Source of the DNA: Podarcis vaucheri
Lineage: Eukaryota
Direction: 5' to 3' (one strand)
Length of the DNA stretch: 64,000 nt
Assembly: GCA_965113315.1 (NCBI GenBank)
Contig: OZ220372.1
The notes beneath the pieces are model-generated. The model saw only the letters and a list, made by a program, of their open reading frames with translations. It searched no databases and was not told the origin of the DNA. Shown in pieces: positions 21,401 through 36,400 of the stretch (its first letter is position 1; the number at the start of each line of letters is the position of its first letter). The position numbers and the translations under genes are program-made.

Positions 21401-24400
21401 AGTGCCTACTTGCAGTCAGTTTAAAAAGCCACCCTGAACACCACTTGAAAAGCCTCCATCGTTTCTCCAAGCCTCTCCGTAAGGCTCTCTGGCCTCCTCT
21501 AATCACCCTCTCCAACAACCTCTTCTGCACCCAAACACTCACATGAAGGCTGCTGGCCATTTTTTCCTGCTCTCCTGCACCCCTCCCCGCACGTGCCAAG
21601 TTTGTGCCATTTTCTTATTTTTCCCGTGTGCCATTTTTGCATCTCTTAAAAGTATTGTATTATTTTTCAGTGATATGCATACAGCTGCAAGTTCATATAT
21701 TAAATAAACTGTGGAAGTTGTTTTCTCAGAGCAGAACTGGAGGTAAGTTAGCACCTTTCACAGAAGGTGCATTAAAGACAATCTAGCATGGCCTGGAGCA
21801 AGAAGGAGGAGTCACCTATACAAATTAGTCCCACAGGAAAACAACTCTAGTCACCCAGTCCTAAGTGTTTGGCAGACGTGTTGGGGCAAGGAAAGTACTT
21901 CTTCACACAGCACATAAATAGCTAACTTCCAAAATTCACTGCCATAAGATGTGATGATAGTCACTTTAAAAAGGAACAGGAGAGATTCATAAAGAATAAG
22001 ACAACAGCTACTTGGCATGATAATGAAACAAGTCTGTTCAGATGCAATGCACATCTGCATGCCAGACACTACTGACAAGCACACCTGTTATCATATGCTG
22101 GTTTCAATACAAGCTGCTACAATTAAAGAAGGAAAGTAACGTGATCTATCTTGAGAAGATGACAGAACATGATGCTGGATCCTTACCCCCTTTAGATTAG
22201 CATTTTCACTTCTCTCTTTTTCAAGCTCCTCAGAATGAATAGTTTGCTGTTGAATCTTTAGCCTATAAATGAATACAAAGTAGGATTTGTGATTTTTAAA
22301 AAGTCTACACTAGATTGACATTTTTAAATTAAACAAAATCTGACACAAGAGTGTAACTATGGAATTAAATGAAAAACTAATCTCCAGCATTTTGGAAAGA
22401 GACTCCACAGCATTTACTTTATATTTATCACTTAAATAATTTTTATCCTGCTCTTCCGTCAAAAGAGGTTACCAGAATAGCTTATGAATGTGATAAGACT
22501 GTCCCTCTCTCAGGCTTGGATATATGCCTAAGACTAATTCAGCAGAATATTCTACACAGAACGCACTGAGCATCCAATAGAATGTTTTAATAAATGGTGG
22601 GTTAATATTGATAGCTGGTGGAAGTGTGGGGGCCAGGGAAACCTTTTGAAACATATATAATAAAAATGTCCAGTAACTGCTGAATTTTGAGAACTGGCTA
22701 AGCATGCTAAGTCGGTCCTAGGAAAATGTGGAAAGTGATCTTATGGAGTGATGATATTATGAAACATCCCAGCTCTTTCAAACTTGAAGGAACAAAATGC
22801 TTAAGATTAGAACGGCAAAACTGGCATTTAAATTAAGGTAATTATTGCATATTGGAAATATAGTATAAAAATATACATTGATACCTGGACTCTAAGAGTT
22901 AAGTGGATTTGAGTATACAAAGAAGAGGTATAGACATTTTTGACAGATAAAAAGTTTAAAAGGCCACAAAACTGAAGACCACCTGCTGCTATGCTTGACT
23001 TGAATTTCCCACTTTTCTTTTAATCTCTCCTTTTCTTTTCCTTGTGACCTTCTCTTTGACTCATTTGATTTTCTCTGTGTTGTGTGCATCAGAGTGTAAA
23101 TGGGTATGAATTCATGGCTGAATATATAAAAAGTTCACAAGACGATCCAAAGTTCTTAACAGATAGAATGTTTAGAGAATACTGAAACTGGAAAGACAAA
23201 CTTGAAGGGCAGGAGAGAAATGATGTTGAGGAAATAAATGGGAGTAACAATGCATGTATTGAGGACTGGTTCCAAACAACGTTTAGTGATATATGTTTGT
23301 ATAAGATATGAGTTTAAAAAAATCTAATACAATAGTTATCAGTTTCTTCACTGTATTTTATGGCGTATTGTGCACATATTGTGTAATTGTGAACAAATGT
23401 AGAAGTTTCAAGAATAACTTTAGGCAACAGCATGCTTCAGCTGGCAAAGAAAATGGTGCAAAACAAGGGTCTACCAATTAAATATCTATTTCTATAAACC
23501 CATTTCTGGAGAAACAAAAACATCTGCCCAGCTTAGACACAAGCAGTGAAGTGTCAAGGGCTTTGTTCAGCAGGCAATAACACTTTCTGATAAAGTGTTA
23601 AAAACTCCAATTCCTAAATAGAATTAAAACCTCTACAAATTACCTAAGATCCTTGATTTCCCTTCTGCTGGATTCTTCTGCCACCTGCAGGGCAGATAAC
23701 TTCTCTTTGTACTCCTCCTTCTCCAACTGCCTCTGAGTCTCTTGCTCCACTTTGATTTTCTCCAGTTCAGATAATCTGGCTTCAAGTTCTAACCTGAAAC
23801 ATTATGGAGTGTTTAAGAGCTGTGAAAAACAGATTTTTGTTTTTTTAAATCATATCACAAACACACATATATAAACATATATATGTGAGAGAGAACATTT
23901 CTACTAGGCTGGCATAGCTTCAGTGTTCCATGGTTAGTGCAGAAACAGCAGAAGCTCCCATCCACAGATTTCATAGGCAGGTAACAACTAATTCAGTAGC
24001 TTCCTTGGACAGGTCAAGAGTGATTTCAGAATACTGAAGCAATGTGAGATGCGTTTAAAACACCGTGTCCACTGTAGCAATAGCAACTAGCAGCAGCAAT
24101 TTTATAGCTGGAACATAATGCACAATGACTATATTCATAGGCAGGGAAGTTGCTACAATTTTATACTCTTTTGGAGCAAGGGAAGAAAACATACAAGAAC
24201 ATACTTACTTTTCCTCCTGTAATGCTGCAAGTTTTTGGAAGCCTTCTTCTTCTGCAGCTTGTACTTTGCGTACTAATTCACGATCCTTTTCTATTAAAAG
24301 CATCTTGTGCTGCTCAAGTGTTTTCTTACGTATTTCATTATCTGAGTGTAAACCTGTTTTTAAACATTTACAGTATTTGAAAGCTCTGAAAATCATTACA

Positions 24401-27400
24401 CAGCTGATAAAACTGAATCTGTTGCTCACTCACCTAAGCCACCATTCATTTTTCCTACAGTCAAGTACAACTTTGCCCACAACTTTCCCACTACTTAAAG
24501 CAGTGTAGCTTTAGGAAAGTATTATAGAATTAGGCTAAGAACCTTCAATGAAGTAAATCCCACTGGGTTCAGGGAAGTTTACTCCCAAGTACACGCACAC
24601 AGGACTACAGCCTATGTCCCACAAGTTTCAGAAGGAAGGTTAAGTTTCTGTTTAACTTTCACCTGTGGGAAAATCAATGACATTTAAATGTGTTCAAACT
24701 TCACCAGAAATGCATCCCACATGCATTTACAGAATTAAAATTAGACACTATTTCTGCTGGCATTAATGGGAGCATCTAAGTATAAATAATCATGAATGGA
24801 TAGTTACAAGATGACGATTCTCATTTAAGAGAGGGTTCACACAATTATTGCAATATGAGAATATATTCATGTTTTACGTTATCATTAAAATGCTACAATA
24901 TCCCTCCAACCCCAGAAAAAGATTGCATTAAAAATGTAAAAATTAAATATTCACAAAGCTATGACAGTTATGGCAAAAAGTCCCCACTGAATTTAAGAAT
25001 TACACTAATTATATCCATGATTACTTCTGTTATGTCAGCTTACAGGTATATGAGCACATAGCTGGGTGCAGTGGGGCTACATGTTGGACAAAAACCATGG
25101 CAGCTTATTGAAAGTGACACATTAAAATGAAAGTATCCCAGTGAAAGGGATATGGCTGCACGACAGTACTTACTGGACTGTTCTAATTTTTTCTCAAAGA
25201 CAAAAATCTGTATCTATAATTGGTGGCAATAACAAATCACTGAAATAATAAAGTTTTACCATCTATTTCACTTTGAATCTTGTTTCTTTCTCTTTCTATC
25301 TCAGTCCTAGCTCTTGCCGCTTCCAGCTTGATGTTTGTTATTTCTAACTTGTGTGAATGCTTAAGTTCTTCAACCTATAGAAGATAATGTTTTATCAATT
25401 TCCAGTTTTGATCAGAACAGTTTTTTGCCTCTTTCTGCTCAAGGAGGATAAAATCATGCAAGAATCCCTCCTATCTTCTTCTGGATGAAAGATTCTGATG
25501 TTTTCTCCTACTTCCATAGGAGGAGTTCCCCAAGCTAGAAATATGGTAGCTGAAATCATGAAAAATATTTTAAAAATGGTAACCATTTAAAATACACAGT
25601 CTGCTCTGGGTGTCATCGCCAAATGAGATGTGGCAGGGAAATCACTAGGAGCAGAGCCTTTTCAACAGTGGCACTCACACAATGGAACACCATCCCTATA
25701 GAGGTCTGTCAGACCCCAACACTATATTCTTTCAGGCATCTTGGGTGCCTTGGCAGAAAGGTAGTATATTAAAGATAACAAATTAATTTCCAAAGTAGGG
25801 AATTACAGGGGGGGGAATTAAAAATAGACCATAAAAGCTTTCAGGTTATGTTCATCAATGTCTGACCCAAATAGGGGAATCTAGTGTCATGTACCTGTAA
25901 CAGACTGCATTCATCTGATCAGCACCTTCCTTACACCCAATTTGACAGGAGCTGGGTTCTCCATCTCTCTTTTGCACACACAAATATTATTTGAGAATTC
26001 TTAGATAAAATTTCAAACAAATATTAATGAATACTGCAATCTGCTATTATGTAACTTGCAACAGATATTAATAAGAACTGAGACTAGGTAATAACTGATA
26101 CACATGTACACCTGATACATATATACAACCTGTAACAAGGCACCTCTGCACATGAAAACTTTTTGTCTGAACCAGGGCTTGCTTGCATGCACATGCTTGT
26201 GCACATAGACACATGCAAACCAATTTCACATGAAAAACCTATTTCCTGGAGCTATGCAAATTAGCTCCAAGTGGCTTAAGCATTTAGGTCAATGTTTAAA
26301 TGAAACTGTCAACCTCATTTCTAATAAAAATACTATACAGCTATGTGGGAATACAAAGTTTTTCGTTCATTTATGAGCACTGCTGAGAATTGCACTCAAT
26401 CCATTCCAAGCTGTGCTGATCAGTTGGGATACAATACCTGCAGGTACTGCTATCAAAACAAATTCAGTTATCTGAACATAATTATGCTCAAACCTCACTA
26501 TGTGAACGGCTGATTCAGATATCCAAACAGGCCATTTGTCTACTTCCTTTGTTTGTGCTTTGCTGGTCGGCAGCAGCCATTTTCAGGCAGAAACCATGGT
26601 GGTGGTGCAAGGAGGGAGAGTGGACAAATCAAGAGAGCAGGAGAGACTGGACAATTCAATTTTTCCTTTGTCTCTCTTCTGCTAGTTGGCAGCAGCCATT
26701 TTAGGAAGTAACCACGGCAGAACAGGGAGAGAGACCACAGATTAGAAATATTTCCATAGCAAAGAATGGAAATCGTCAGCTTGTTATGCGAATGCTTTCT
26801 AACAAGTGATTTCCTGGGAACACATTTTGTTCAGAAACTGGGACCTGCCTGTACTACTATCATTAAGGTGTTAACATAAAAGAGCATCCTTAAAGGCCAG
26901 AATTCAGATGTCTAAAACATCTACAGTGTATTAAGAGATTTTAAAACAGACACACAGAGGATGCACACAATTTGGCAACTTGCTCTTTTTACTGAGTTCA
27001 ATGTTATGCGAGGCAATCTGTCACCTTGACAACATAAGCCTTCATGCTAGAGAAGTGCTAGTCTTAACTATGCCATTAAAATCACTGGCCTGGTATAATT
27101 GGCTCAGTATTATGGCAGATCATCTATCTCCTATATGTCACTTGCAAATAGCTAACCTTGGAGAAGAAATTTCAACGTGCTTCGTCACAAACCCAACACA
27201 ATGTAAAACCGAAGCAGCTGTCTTCCTGCCTTGTAAGTAACAATGTTTTTTCAATAGAAAAATCAAAACATTGAAGACAATCATTGTCTGAAATGAACCG
27301 AAATTCTAGTTTAAACTTTCCTAGTACAGTAATTACAGGGTTGTTGAGAATTAAGCAGTAGGAGAAAGCGCTTTTCAATGTCAAATGTAATCACAACCGC

Positions 27401-30400
27401 CAGTGTAGAAGCTACACAAGTTTTAATAATTAGTATTTGATTAAGCAACTACAGTTAAGACACAGATTTTCTTAAAGTAAAAAGGAAGCTCCATTTGTCA
27501 TTTACCCATCACAAGGTTTGACCACATCCCTTCTACCTGTCATCAATGGTTATTCTTAAAAATGTTAGATTTTGTATCACTGCTGATCAGGATCATATGA
27601 AGCTGCCTTAAACCAAGTCAGACCACTGCTACATCTAGCTCAGAACTGTCCACAGTAATTGGCAGTGACATTTCAAGATTACAGAGGGCTCTCCTTCACC
27701 CTACCTGGAGATGCATACAAAGCACACCTCTGAGCTATTGTCCTCCAAAACATCTTGGAGATCCTTTTCAGTGGTTTCCTGTAGGGCTGGGCAGTATCTG
27801 CTTTCCAATATTGAAATACACCACCAGCTAAATATCACGATATGGCAGCATATTACGATGTTGGAAAGGAGGTGGAGAGGAAGAAGGCAACAGCCAGCTA
27901 TGGAGACAATTAGTGTCACTGTGCGCAGCTTCTGCCTGTTCCAAAGCCGCTGCCTCCTCCAGTGCCACCCACATGTGCTAAGGCAACTTGGCACAGGTGG
28001 GGTGTGGGTGGCCTGCCTCTTCCTCCAGGAAAAAGAGGTAACATGCCCACTGTGCATGAGCTGATGGGGGGGGGGAATTGACCAGTAGAGAAGTGGGCTT
28101 CCTTAATATACTTCCTTTATAAAGGTAAAGGTAAAGGGACCCCTGACCATTAGGTCCAGTCGTGACCAACTCTGGGGTTGCAGCGCTCATCTCACTTTAT
28201 TGACCAAGGGAGCCGGCGTACAGCTTCTGGGTCATGTGGCAAGCATGACTAAGCCGCTTCTGGCAAACCAGAGCAGCACACGGAAATGCCGTTTACCTTC
28301 CCGCCAGAGCGGTACCTATTTATCTACTTGCACTTTGACATGCTTTCGAACTGCTAGGTGGGCAGGAGCTGGGACCGAGCAACGGGAGCTCACCCCGTCA
28401 CAGGGATTCAAAGTGCCGACCTTCTGATTGGCAAGTCCTGGGCTCTGTGGTTTAACCCACAGCGCCACCTGCGTCCCTATTATACTTTCTTTATACTTAA
28501 TGTTAATTCTCACAATAAGACTTATTCCACACTGAAGTAGTTGCAGCTCCATTCTCTATCATATGGATGCCTGGCTTCTTTAATAATAGCTACTACTGCA
28601 GGTATCAGCGTACATAGAAGGCCGTTAAGATGAAAGATCACAGTTTATCATTTCTACAATTTCCAACAGTCATCTTGTGGTTACCCAGTTTCTGTTTTCG
28701 TGCTTCTGTGCTTTAAAACATAGTTTCTATTTTGCCCTCACGGAAGGAAGAAAACAGAATAATATGAGGAACAATTTCTCTAAGCCATTTACATAGCTGC
28801 AGGGGAAGTCTCCTGCTCTAACGTAAGAAATTATTTGGGAATATACTTATTTTAGGTTCAAAATATGTAAATATTTGAAAGCCACTTTCTGGGCGCATGA
28901 CACTCAGCAGCTATTAATGCTGTTTATCTCTATAGTGTGGTAAATATCAACTTAAAAGTGGCTCCACCAGAACAGGAAACAATATGAAATTTGGCAAAGC
29001 AAAATACACAACATAATATGAAAGCAAATATTTCCATTCACTTTACCAGCTACTCCCCCCCAGTACTTTTTCTCTGTTGCCACAGTCTTTGACCCTGAAT
29101 ACATCAGGTTCCATTAACCCATGTCTCCATAACCTCTTGCTTGTACTTGCATTTTTCTACTTGTCCTTGGTTGGATCCAGACAAAGTCAATTGCACTTAG
29201 TTCCCACTAAAATCAAGTCCCATTGTGACTTAAGCACAACTATCTTAATCTGGATCCCATCTCCACCCCTTCTCTTTAGGCAGCTTAGACTCGCTGCAAG
29301 GCATCTTATTTTCCCCCCTTTCCCAAACAGAATTGAGATGGGGGGGGGGAGGTGCTTTCTAAGAAATAGGCTGTTATCACAGGTGAGATTTGGCACAAGC
29401 TTCAGGCTGAGAACATGAAACTATAATTCTCCCCATCCAAGAAATAAAAGCCCACTAACATTTAAAGAGTGAGAATCTTGAGATCGCAAGCGAAAGTACT
29501 GGCTATTTAGATTAACTTGATCCAGCAATTTCTTGTTGATATACCTATTGAGAAGGCATGCCTTAAAAACCAAGGTGGATTTTTTTAAAAGTCACTGATC
29601 CCACTTTCACATGCAAGGAACTTCCACTCATGCAAGTGCTGATGCCCATGCAGCCATGTTACCACTGGTCACAGTAAAACTGCTTCTGGACTATCACTTC
29701 AGTCTGCACATGACTAAAATCTCGCGGCACATTTATCCTCCACACAGAGAACAAGCATGTCAAGGAAAAGATTAGGCCAGAAGTTCTCTCTCCAGTTTGC
29801 TACCTCAAGTAACTGGTTCTCAGAGTTGATTAGTGCTGGGCTAGACCAACCAACAGTCTGATGTGGCATAAGACAACCTCCTATCTTCACAACAGTGTTA
29901 TTAAATGTGATTTGTGGATGTCATTACTGCTTTAGGGAACAGTGCCAAAAACAAAATGCTATGTTTTCATGCCAACAGAAAAATCCAAGGACAATAAGAA
30001 CATGGCTTTTCAAACACTGAATTATGAAAAAGGAGAGAAATAAAGCCGTGTAACAGAGACAATTTGTCTCCAAAGATACAATTAGTGATAATGGTTCTGG
30101 TAACATCTCCAAAAAAACTGTCTTGACAGCATCAAAATACTTACTTTAGTTGTCAAGGCACTGATCTCTCGTTCAGATTTATGTAGCTTGCTTCTTAAGA
30201 GCGTATTTTGCTCACTGCTCATCTGCAGTTCCTTTTCAATGCGTTCAAGCTGCAGCTTAAGGGATTGTTTTTCAGCCTTAAAATTAAGAAAGGAAATCTT
30301 AAATTGCTTCACAGAAATGAATCCTGAAGCATAGTTCTAAACCTATTTGCACAAAAGTAAGGTTCCTTCACTCAAAACCTCGCCACCTGGCTGGGACTGA

Positions 30401-33400
30401 TGAACTGGTTTCAAGAGGCCAATAAAATCAGTACCATTACTTCTAGTAAGTAAGCATGTGAAGTCTCAAATCATTTTGGAGATCTGTGGGTCATTTTACT
30501 TACAGTAACATATTTTAGATGGTTAGCTTATTTGCTCTGAAGTTAAATAGCTCCCCTTGGAAGCTAGGGCTAGTTCAAGCACCAGAACTACATCTCGATA
30601 TTGCATAGTTATAAAATGCTCAGGTTTGGGGCTGGCAGCTCTTCAGCAACATGGAGCACTGCAGCAGAAAGGGGGAAGGGAATGTCCTTTCTCCCATCTA
30701 CCTTCCTAAAACAGCCTCTCTCTCTCTCAGACCTGAACAGGAATATAAAGCTCGTGCACTTATTTTATTTTTAAAATTTGTATACTGTCCTTCATCTGAA
30801 GATCACAGGGAGGTTCACAACTTAAAAATACAAAATGAAAACACAAAATGCATAATTAAAAACAAAAACAAACCAATGATCATCTCCCACAAAGACATTT
30901 AAAAGGGCATAGAATGCTAATCAGCCAAATGCCTGGTTGAAGAGAAACATTTTCACCTGCCGCCTAAAGATATGTAATGAAGGTGCTAGGTGAGGCTCCT
31001 TGGGGAAAGCATTCTACAAACAAGGAGCCACCACAGAAAAGGCCTGTTCTTGTGTTGCCACCCTCCAGACCTTATGTGGGGAAGGCACCCAAAGAAGGGC
31101 CTCAGATAATGATTTCAGGGTCCAGGTCAGCTCATATAAGACGCATTTCTTGAGGTATTGTGGTCCTGTCTGAAGCCATTATCATGGAACTGCTTTTATG
31201 GGTGGGGATAACACTGCAGCATTGCCCTGCAGACCCCATTTATTCTCTCTAATTGGCACTCAGCCATATAAATTTGCTATCAGCTGGCAAGCAAAACGGG
31301 GTCATAAAAAATAAGGAAGTGGTTTCTATTTACCCAGACATCTCCCCAGCTTCACAGAATATGCAAGTTGCATTAAAAGCCTGACAATAACCTGTGAACT
31401 TCCTGGACACACACAATGCTAGGGGATCCTTTGAAGAAAAAGAAAATAGGAAACTGAAGGTGGGGGAAGAGGAAATTGGTCTACTCAAGCTGCAAACAGC
31501 TTATATTTTTCCCTGTATAAGACTAGGTTTTCTACCTAAAAAATAATGTCAAAAATTAGGGGGCATTTTATACTCTGGGCCATCTCCCCCCATTTTCTTA
31601 AATCCAAGTCCCTGAGTCTTATATATGGGGGCGTCTTATAGGTGGAAAAATATGGTGATCTGGCGAGGGGTGATTAGAATAGGGAGGTGGGTTTGGTTTT
31701 TTTTAAAAAAAAACTTACCTTCCTGTAAATGCCCCCTCACAACCTCTAGTCTCCTAATAAGTTTGAACAGCTGTATAAGATATTGTTGCCGGACCCAAAT
31801 GTAGAATTTGCTTATTGAATGTTTTGGACCTTAGTATATTATTCAGCTTATATATTTATTGTTTCTACAGACAGGTTTGTTTACCAGAGTAAAATATCCT
31901 TCTACTTTTAATCTCATGTAAAAAGTTCAAACTTGTAGACTCCACAATGATTATTCCAAATATCATGACTCAAACCACTTTGTAGATAAATCTATCATAT
32001 TTTTCAGAACTACTTTGCAAAGAAGTAATCTTATTACTATTAGGGAAATGTAAATCTGATTAGGAAGAATCAAGATAATTGATGGCTTGATGTGAGTTTC
32101 TCATTGTTTAAGTTAACACACAGTGTACATCTTTACTATCTCTTGTAGGGAGACAATCAGAATCTCCTACCTCCAAGGATCGTGTTGTAGCTTGCATCTC
32201 AGTTAACTGTCGCACCTGTATTCTTTGCACATTTTCTGCTTGCATACCAGAGTTCTCCCTCTGAGCTCTTAGTTCTGCTACTTCTGCTTCAAAACCCTTT
32301 AATTTCTGAACTAGTTGAGCCTTTTCTCTTAATAGTGCTTCCACACGCTTGCCATCTCTTGTAGGATCAATATTAAGCAGCTGATTATGCAATTCTTCTT
32401 TATCTTTGCCAAGTCTCGTTATCTATGAGTAATTGAACAGACAACACTATGGGCCAACTCCAGTCTGAGTGTGACTTCAGAAAACCCAAAAGATTCAATG
32501 GTTCCTTGCTCCAGGTGCACACACAACCATGTATGCAGACGGGAGGGAGGGAATGAGAACCCACCTCGCACAAACCATGTTCCTGTGCTTGGAATTGGTC
32601 AAAGTGTATTTAATTATAACGTTATGTTGATAAGCCCAGAAGTACTAGAAAAGCACATAGAAGTAAATATATTTGTTCTAGAATGAAAACACATTTTCAT
32701 TTCATTCAAAATAAGCAATACATTGGTAAAAGTAGCACTATGTTTTATAGGCCATGTTTCTCACAGAAAAATTAAAGTGACAGAAATGTGTCCCCCATAA
32801 AACTGGAACCAATAACATACCTGAGGTAATTTTTTAGTCAGGAAAAATATCAACATATTTTCTAAGATGTTTTCACTTGATTAAGAACCGTAGAACAATG
32901 AAATATGCAATTAGTTCATTATCACAACTGTAAGGCTGCAGTCCTACACACATTTACTTGGGAGTAAGTTGGCTGAATGCAGCAAGACTTACTTTAAAGT
33001 TAACATATGGTAAACTGCATATTTCATCCTTTTTCTTAAGACATTCATGAAGCAGAAGGCCTGACTGATTACGCTTTAGGCAGGGTTCAAATTTATTACA
33101 GTTAATTAAATTCATATTCAAATGTTATGGTTTCTCTTATATTAAAATATTCGTCCTTACCTCAGATTCATATTTTAATTTGTTCTCTTCTAAAATATGG
33201 GCATGTTCTTCTTTCTGATGCTCAAACTCTGATTTAAGGAAAGTATGTTCATAGCGAAGTTTGTTATATTCTGTTCTCCATTTTTCTGCTTCCTAATTAC
33301 GAAGAACATATGTGACTGAATCAAAGTGAATAAAAAATACAAACCCATGCAGAAAAAAATGAGCACACAAGATGTTTAGTAAGTATCAGGTGTAAACTGA

Positions 33401-36400
33401 AAACAGGTCAACAATTGTTAATTGTTTTTGATGGCTACATTTACTGTTGCATCAAAAGAAATACAATAATACTATTGGTTGGCTTAAGCTCCAGAAGCAA
33501 CAGTGAATGCTCCTTGCCAGTGACCATTGTGGCAGTGGAGTCATATTGCCAGGAAGTGGAGAACAGTTGAGATTAGGTCTGTGCTATAAATCAATATATC
33601 AAATAATGATAACAGTTTTTTAAATGACTTTGCAATTTATCACATATTGTTTGTGTGGTATTAAAAAAATCACAATATTGGAAAAACCAGGAAGCCGATG
33701 CTTCTTCCTGTGTGTGCAGCGCTTGCTAACTCCACCTCGGTCAGCTCTTCCCTGCCTCCGGCAGCAACAAGAAATAGCTACAAATCACTACAGCAGGCTG
33801 ACTCAAATATCGCCCAGCTGATATCACCAAACAAAGCTTTGAAAACCAGTTAGCAGTCACCATCAGTCAACCTTCCCTGTCTTATGCAGGAGGAGCAATT
33901 CACTACAAATTACTACAGGCTGAGTTAAGTATCGTGAAGCAGATATCACCAAATGGAACTTTGAGAAATGGTTAGCTCTCTGTCTCCCCAGCCATCCAGC
34001 CGGCAAGCAGGGACTTCTTCCCTCAAGGCTCTTGCTTAAAGGCGCCAGGCTGGTAGTTGACTTAGGGAAAGCCTGCAAGGTTCAGAATTCTGGAGCCCTT
34101 TCCCCCCAGTAAAAACAAACACCTTGCTTTGGCATTTGACCATCTTCTGTCATCCCCCCCCCCTCCATTTGGATGTGTGCACTGCTTGTGAGTGTGCGAG
34201 TGTCTATGTGTATCTCTCCCCCCCCCCACATCCGTTGGTGGTGTATGTGGTGCATTTGTTTTTGTGAAGCAGCAGCCACCAGTCGGCAAAAAACACTGGG
34301 TTTTTCAACCAAGGATATCTGAATATCTAAAAGTGTGACACTGAATTTGCTTTTTCTTGTTTAGTAATGTAATTAAATTTTTAGGGAAGCCTTGATATCT
34401 ATGCTACTACTTTACTAATTACAACTTTGATTTTACAGAAACTGTGCTACTATTGGTACAGTAGTACTATAGCATAACAGTTGTAACAATATGTTAAGTA
34501 AAAAAAATTCAGTTTCAGAGTTAGACCCATAAGTAGTAGCAGCTGCCAGGGCATTGCCATGTTCACCTCCAGCCTTATTTCGCATATTGTGATATAGCGA
34601 AATATCACTATGTTTAACTGGTAATATATCGTTATGTTGAAAACCAGATATCGCCCAGCCCTAGTTGAGATAGCCTTGAGCCACTGTCAAGAGAATCCTG
34701 TTCTTTCTCTTATTGTTACCTTTAGTCACAGAAGGGTTGTACCAGCATCTGTGACTCTCGTGGGTCCAAAAGCTTAATAGTGCAGTGGGTAAGATCCTAT
34801 CTCCAGCCTCTTTAATCACAAAACAGGAGCCATTGCATGGTTGCATTTGCATGGAACATTAACCCAGTTTAACATGACATAGGTGAGCCAGAATGTGCCT
34901 GAGCAAAACAGGCTTACACACTACACTTTCCCTCTCCTATGTAGCCAGGGAGAGGACTTTATCAGAATTTAAATTCACTTTTACAGACATTTGCTTGCTG
35001 TTGTGTTCAACCAGGTAAGCTGAATTAAAACAAACTGCTATGCTTCATGGCAAGATAACTTCGATCCATGGGTCTTTAAGCTCACCTTGTTATTTAACTA
35101 GCTTGCATTTAAATGTTATCAGAAAGAAGATAAACACTGACCTCTCCTGTCCATCAAATATAAGTAACAGTAGATAGGAAAATATATTTTGCTTAGAAAA
35201 ATTGTAACTAATTATGGAGCTAGCTAATCAAAAATATTTTTATACTTTGAAGACAAGGCTGGATATAAAACTTTCATTTCATAGAAAACTTTGTTTCTAC
35301 TTACTTTATCTAGCTTTCGAAGATTCTCTTTCAGAGGTGCTTCTATGTTGTCTCTTATTCCTGTTTTAAGCAACTCTAACTTCTGTGGAGTAATTACCTA
35401 CATGTCCGAAGAAACACATAAAAAGAAAGCAACTGTTTAATCATTTGTCTCTATGAAGATTATGCCACCACTTAAAAGATCTGGAGTTCCCCCACCTAAG
35501 GATAGAAACATTCCAATATTATCCTGTTATGCTGCATATATTCCTAAAGTACTGGAACTGGCAACAATAAAAACATATAGGATCTGTTTGAACCCTGCTA
35601 TTACAACAAGGTTTTCATTACTGGGCAACTGCCAAAATGACTCAAGCAAAGGAAAATACAAACTAAATCTACAGTCCTAAACATACCTGGAAGTAAGGTA
35701 TGTTCAGCTCAATGCAGCTGGCTTGTGAATAGACATGTATAAAACGGCACTGCACAATTTCTAACACAGATCAAAGGTAGATGCATATTTGTTATAGTAT
35801 ACAGTCTACCTAACTAATAAAAATTCAGTGTTGAGACACAGTATGAATAACTAGGACTATGGAGACTCAGGTACAAATCCCCACTCAAGTCATGAAAATG
35901 ACCTTGGGCACTTGTCTCTCAACCTACTGTAAGTCATATGGTTGTTATTAAGATAAATGTTGGGGGGTGGGGGAGAGAGAGAAACCACTTAAGAGATTTC
36001 TATGAAATATAAATAGGTGTAAAAAAATAATTAAATAAATAAACTCCATAGCTGCCGTGAGCTGCTTGAAAGAAGAGTGGAATTAAGTTATTAATAAATA
36101 ATATTCTCAAATTCATGAACATGTGATAGGGAAACATTTTAATATGGATGAAATATTTAGAAAGGCATTTTTTTTTTTGCAGTGACCCATCACAGCTTTG
36201 GAATGCCCTCCCAAAAATATCTCATTATTATAATTTAAGTGCAATTCATGGTTTTCTGGGCATTTTAGGACTACTAATTTAAGCATTCTTTAACTTAGAC
36301 ATGAATGATTTTATCTTCTACTTAAATTGGCTATTGCTGTTTTAGTTTGCATGCTTTATTTATGACTTTTTATTGTACTTCAATTCTTACAACTCTTTTA

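Noticed and set aside
28200-28427. Similar 75-aa ORFs here and at 62051-62278
   Set aside because: Both are translations of Sauria SINE copies, not a duplicated gene
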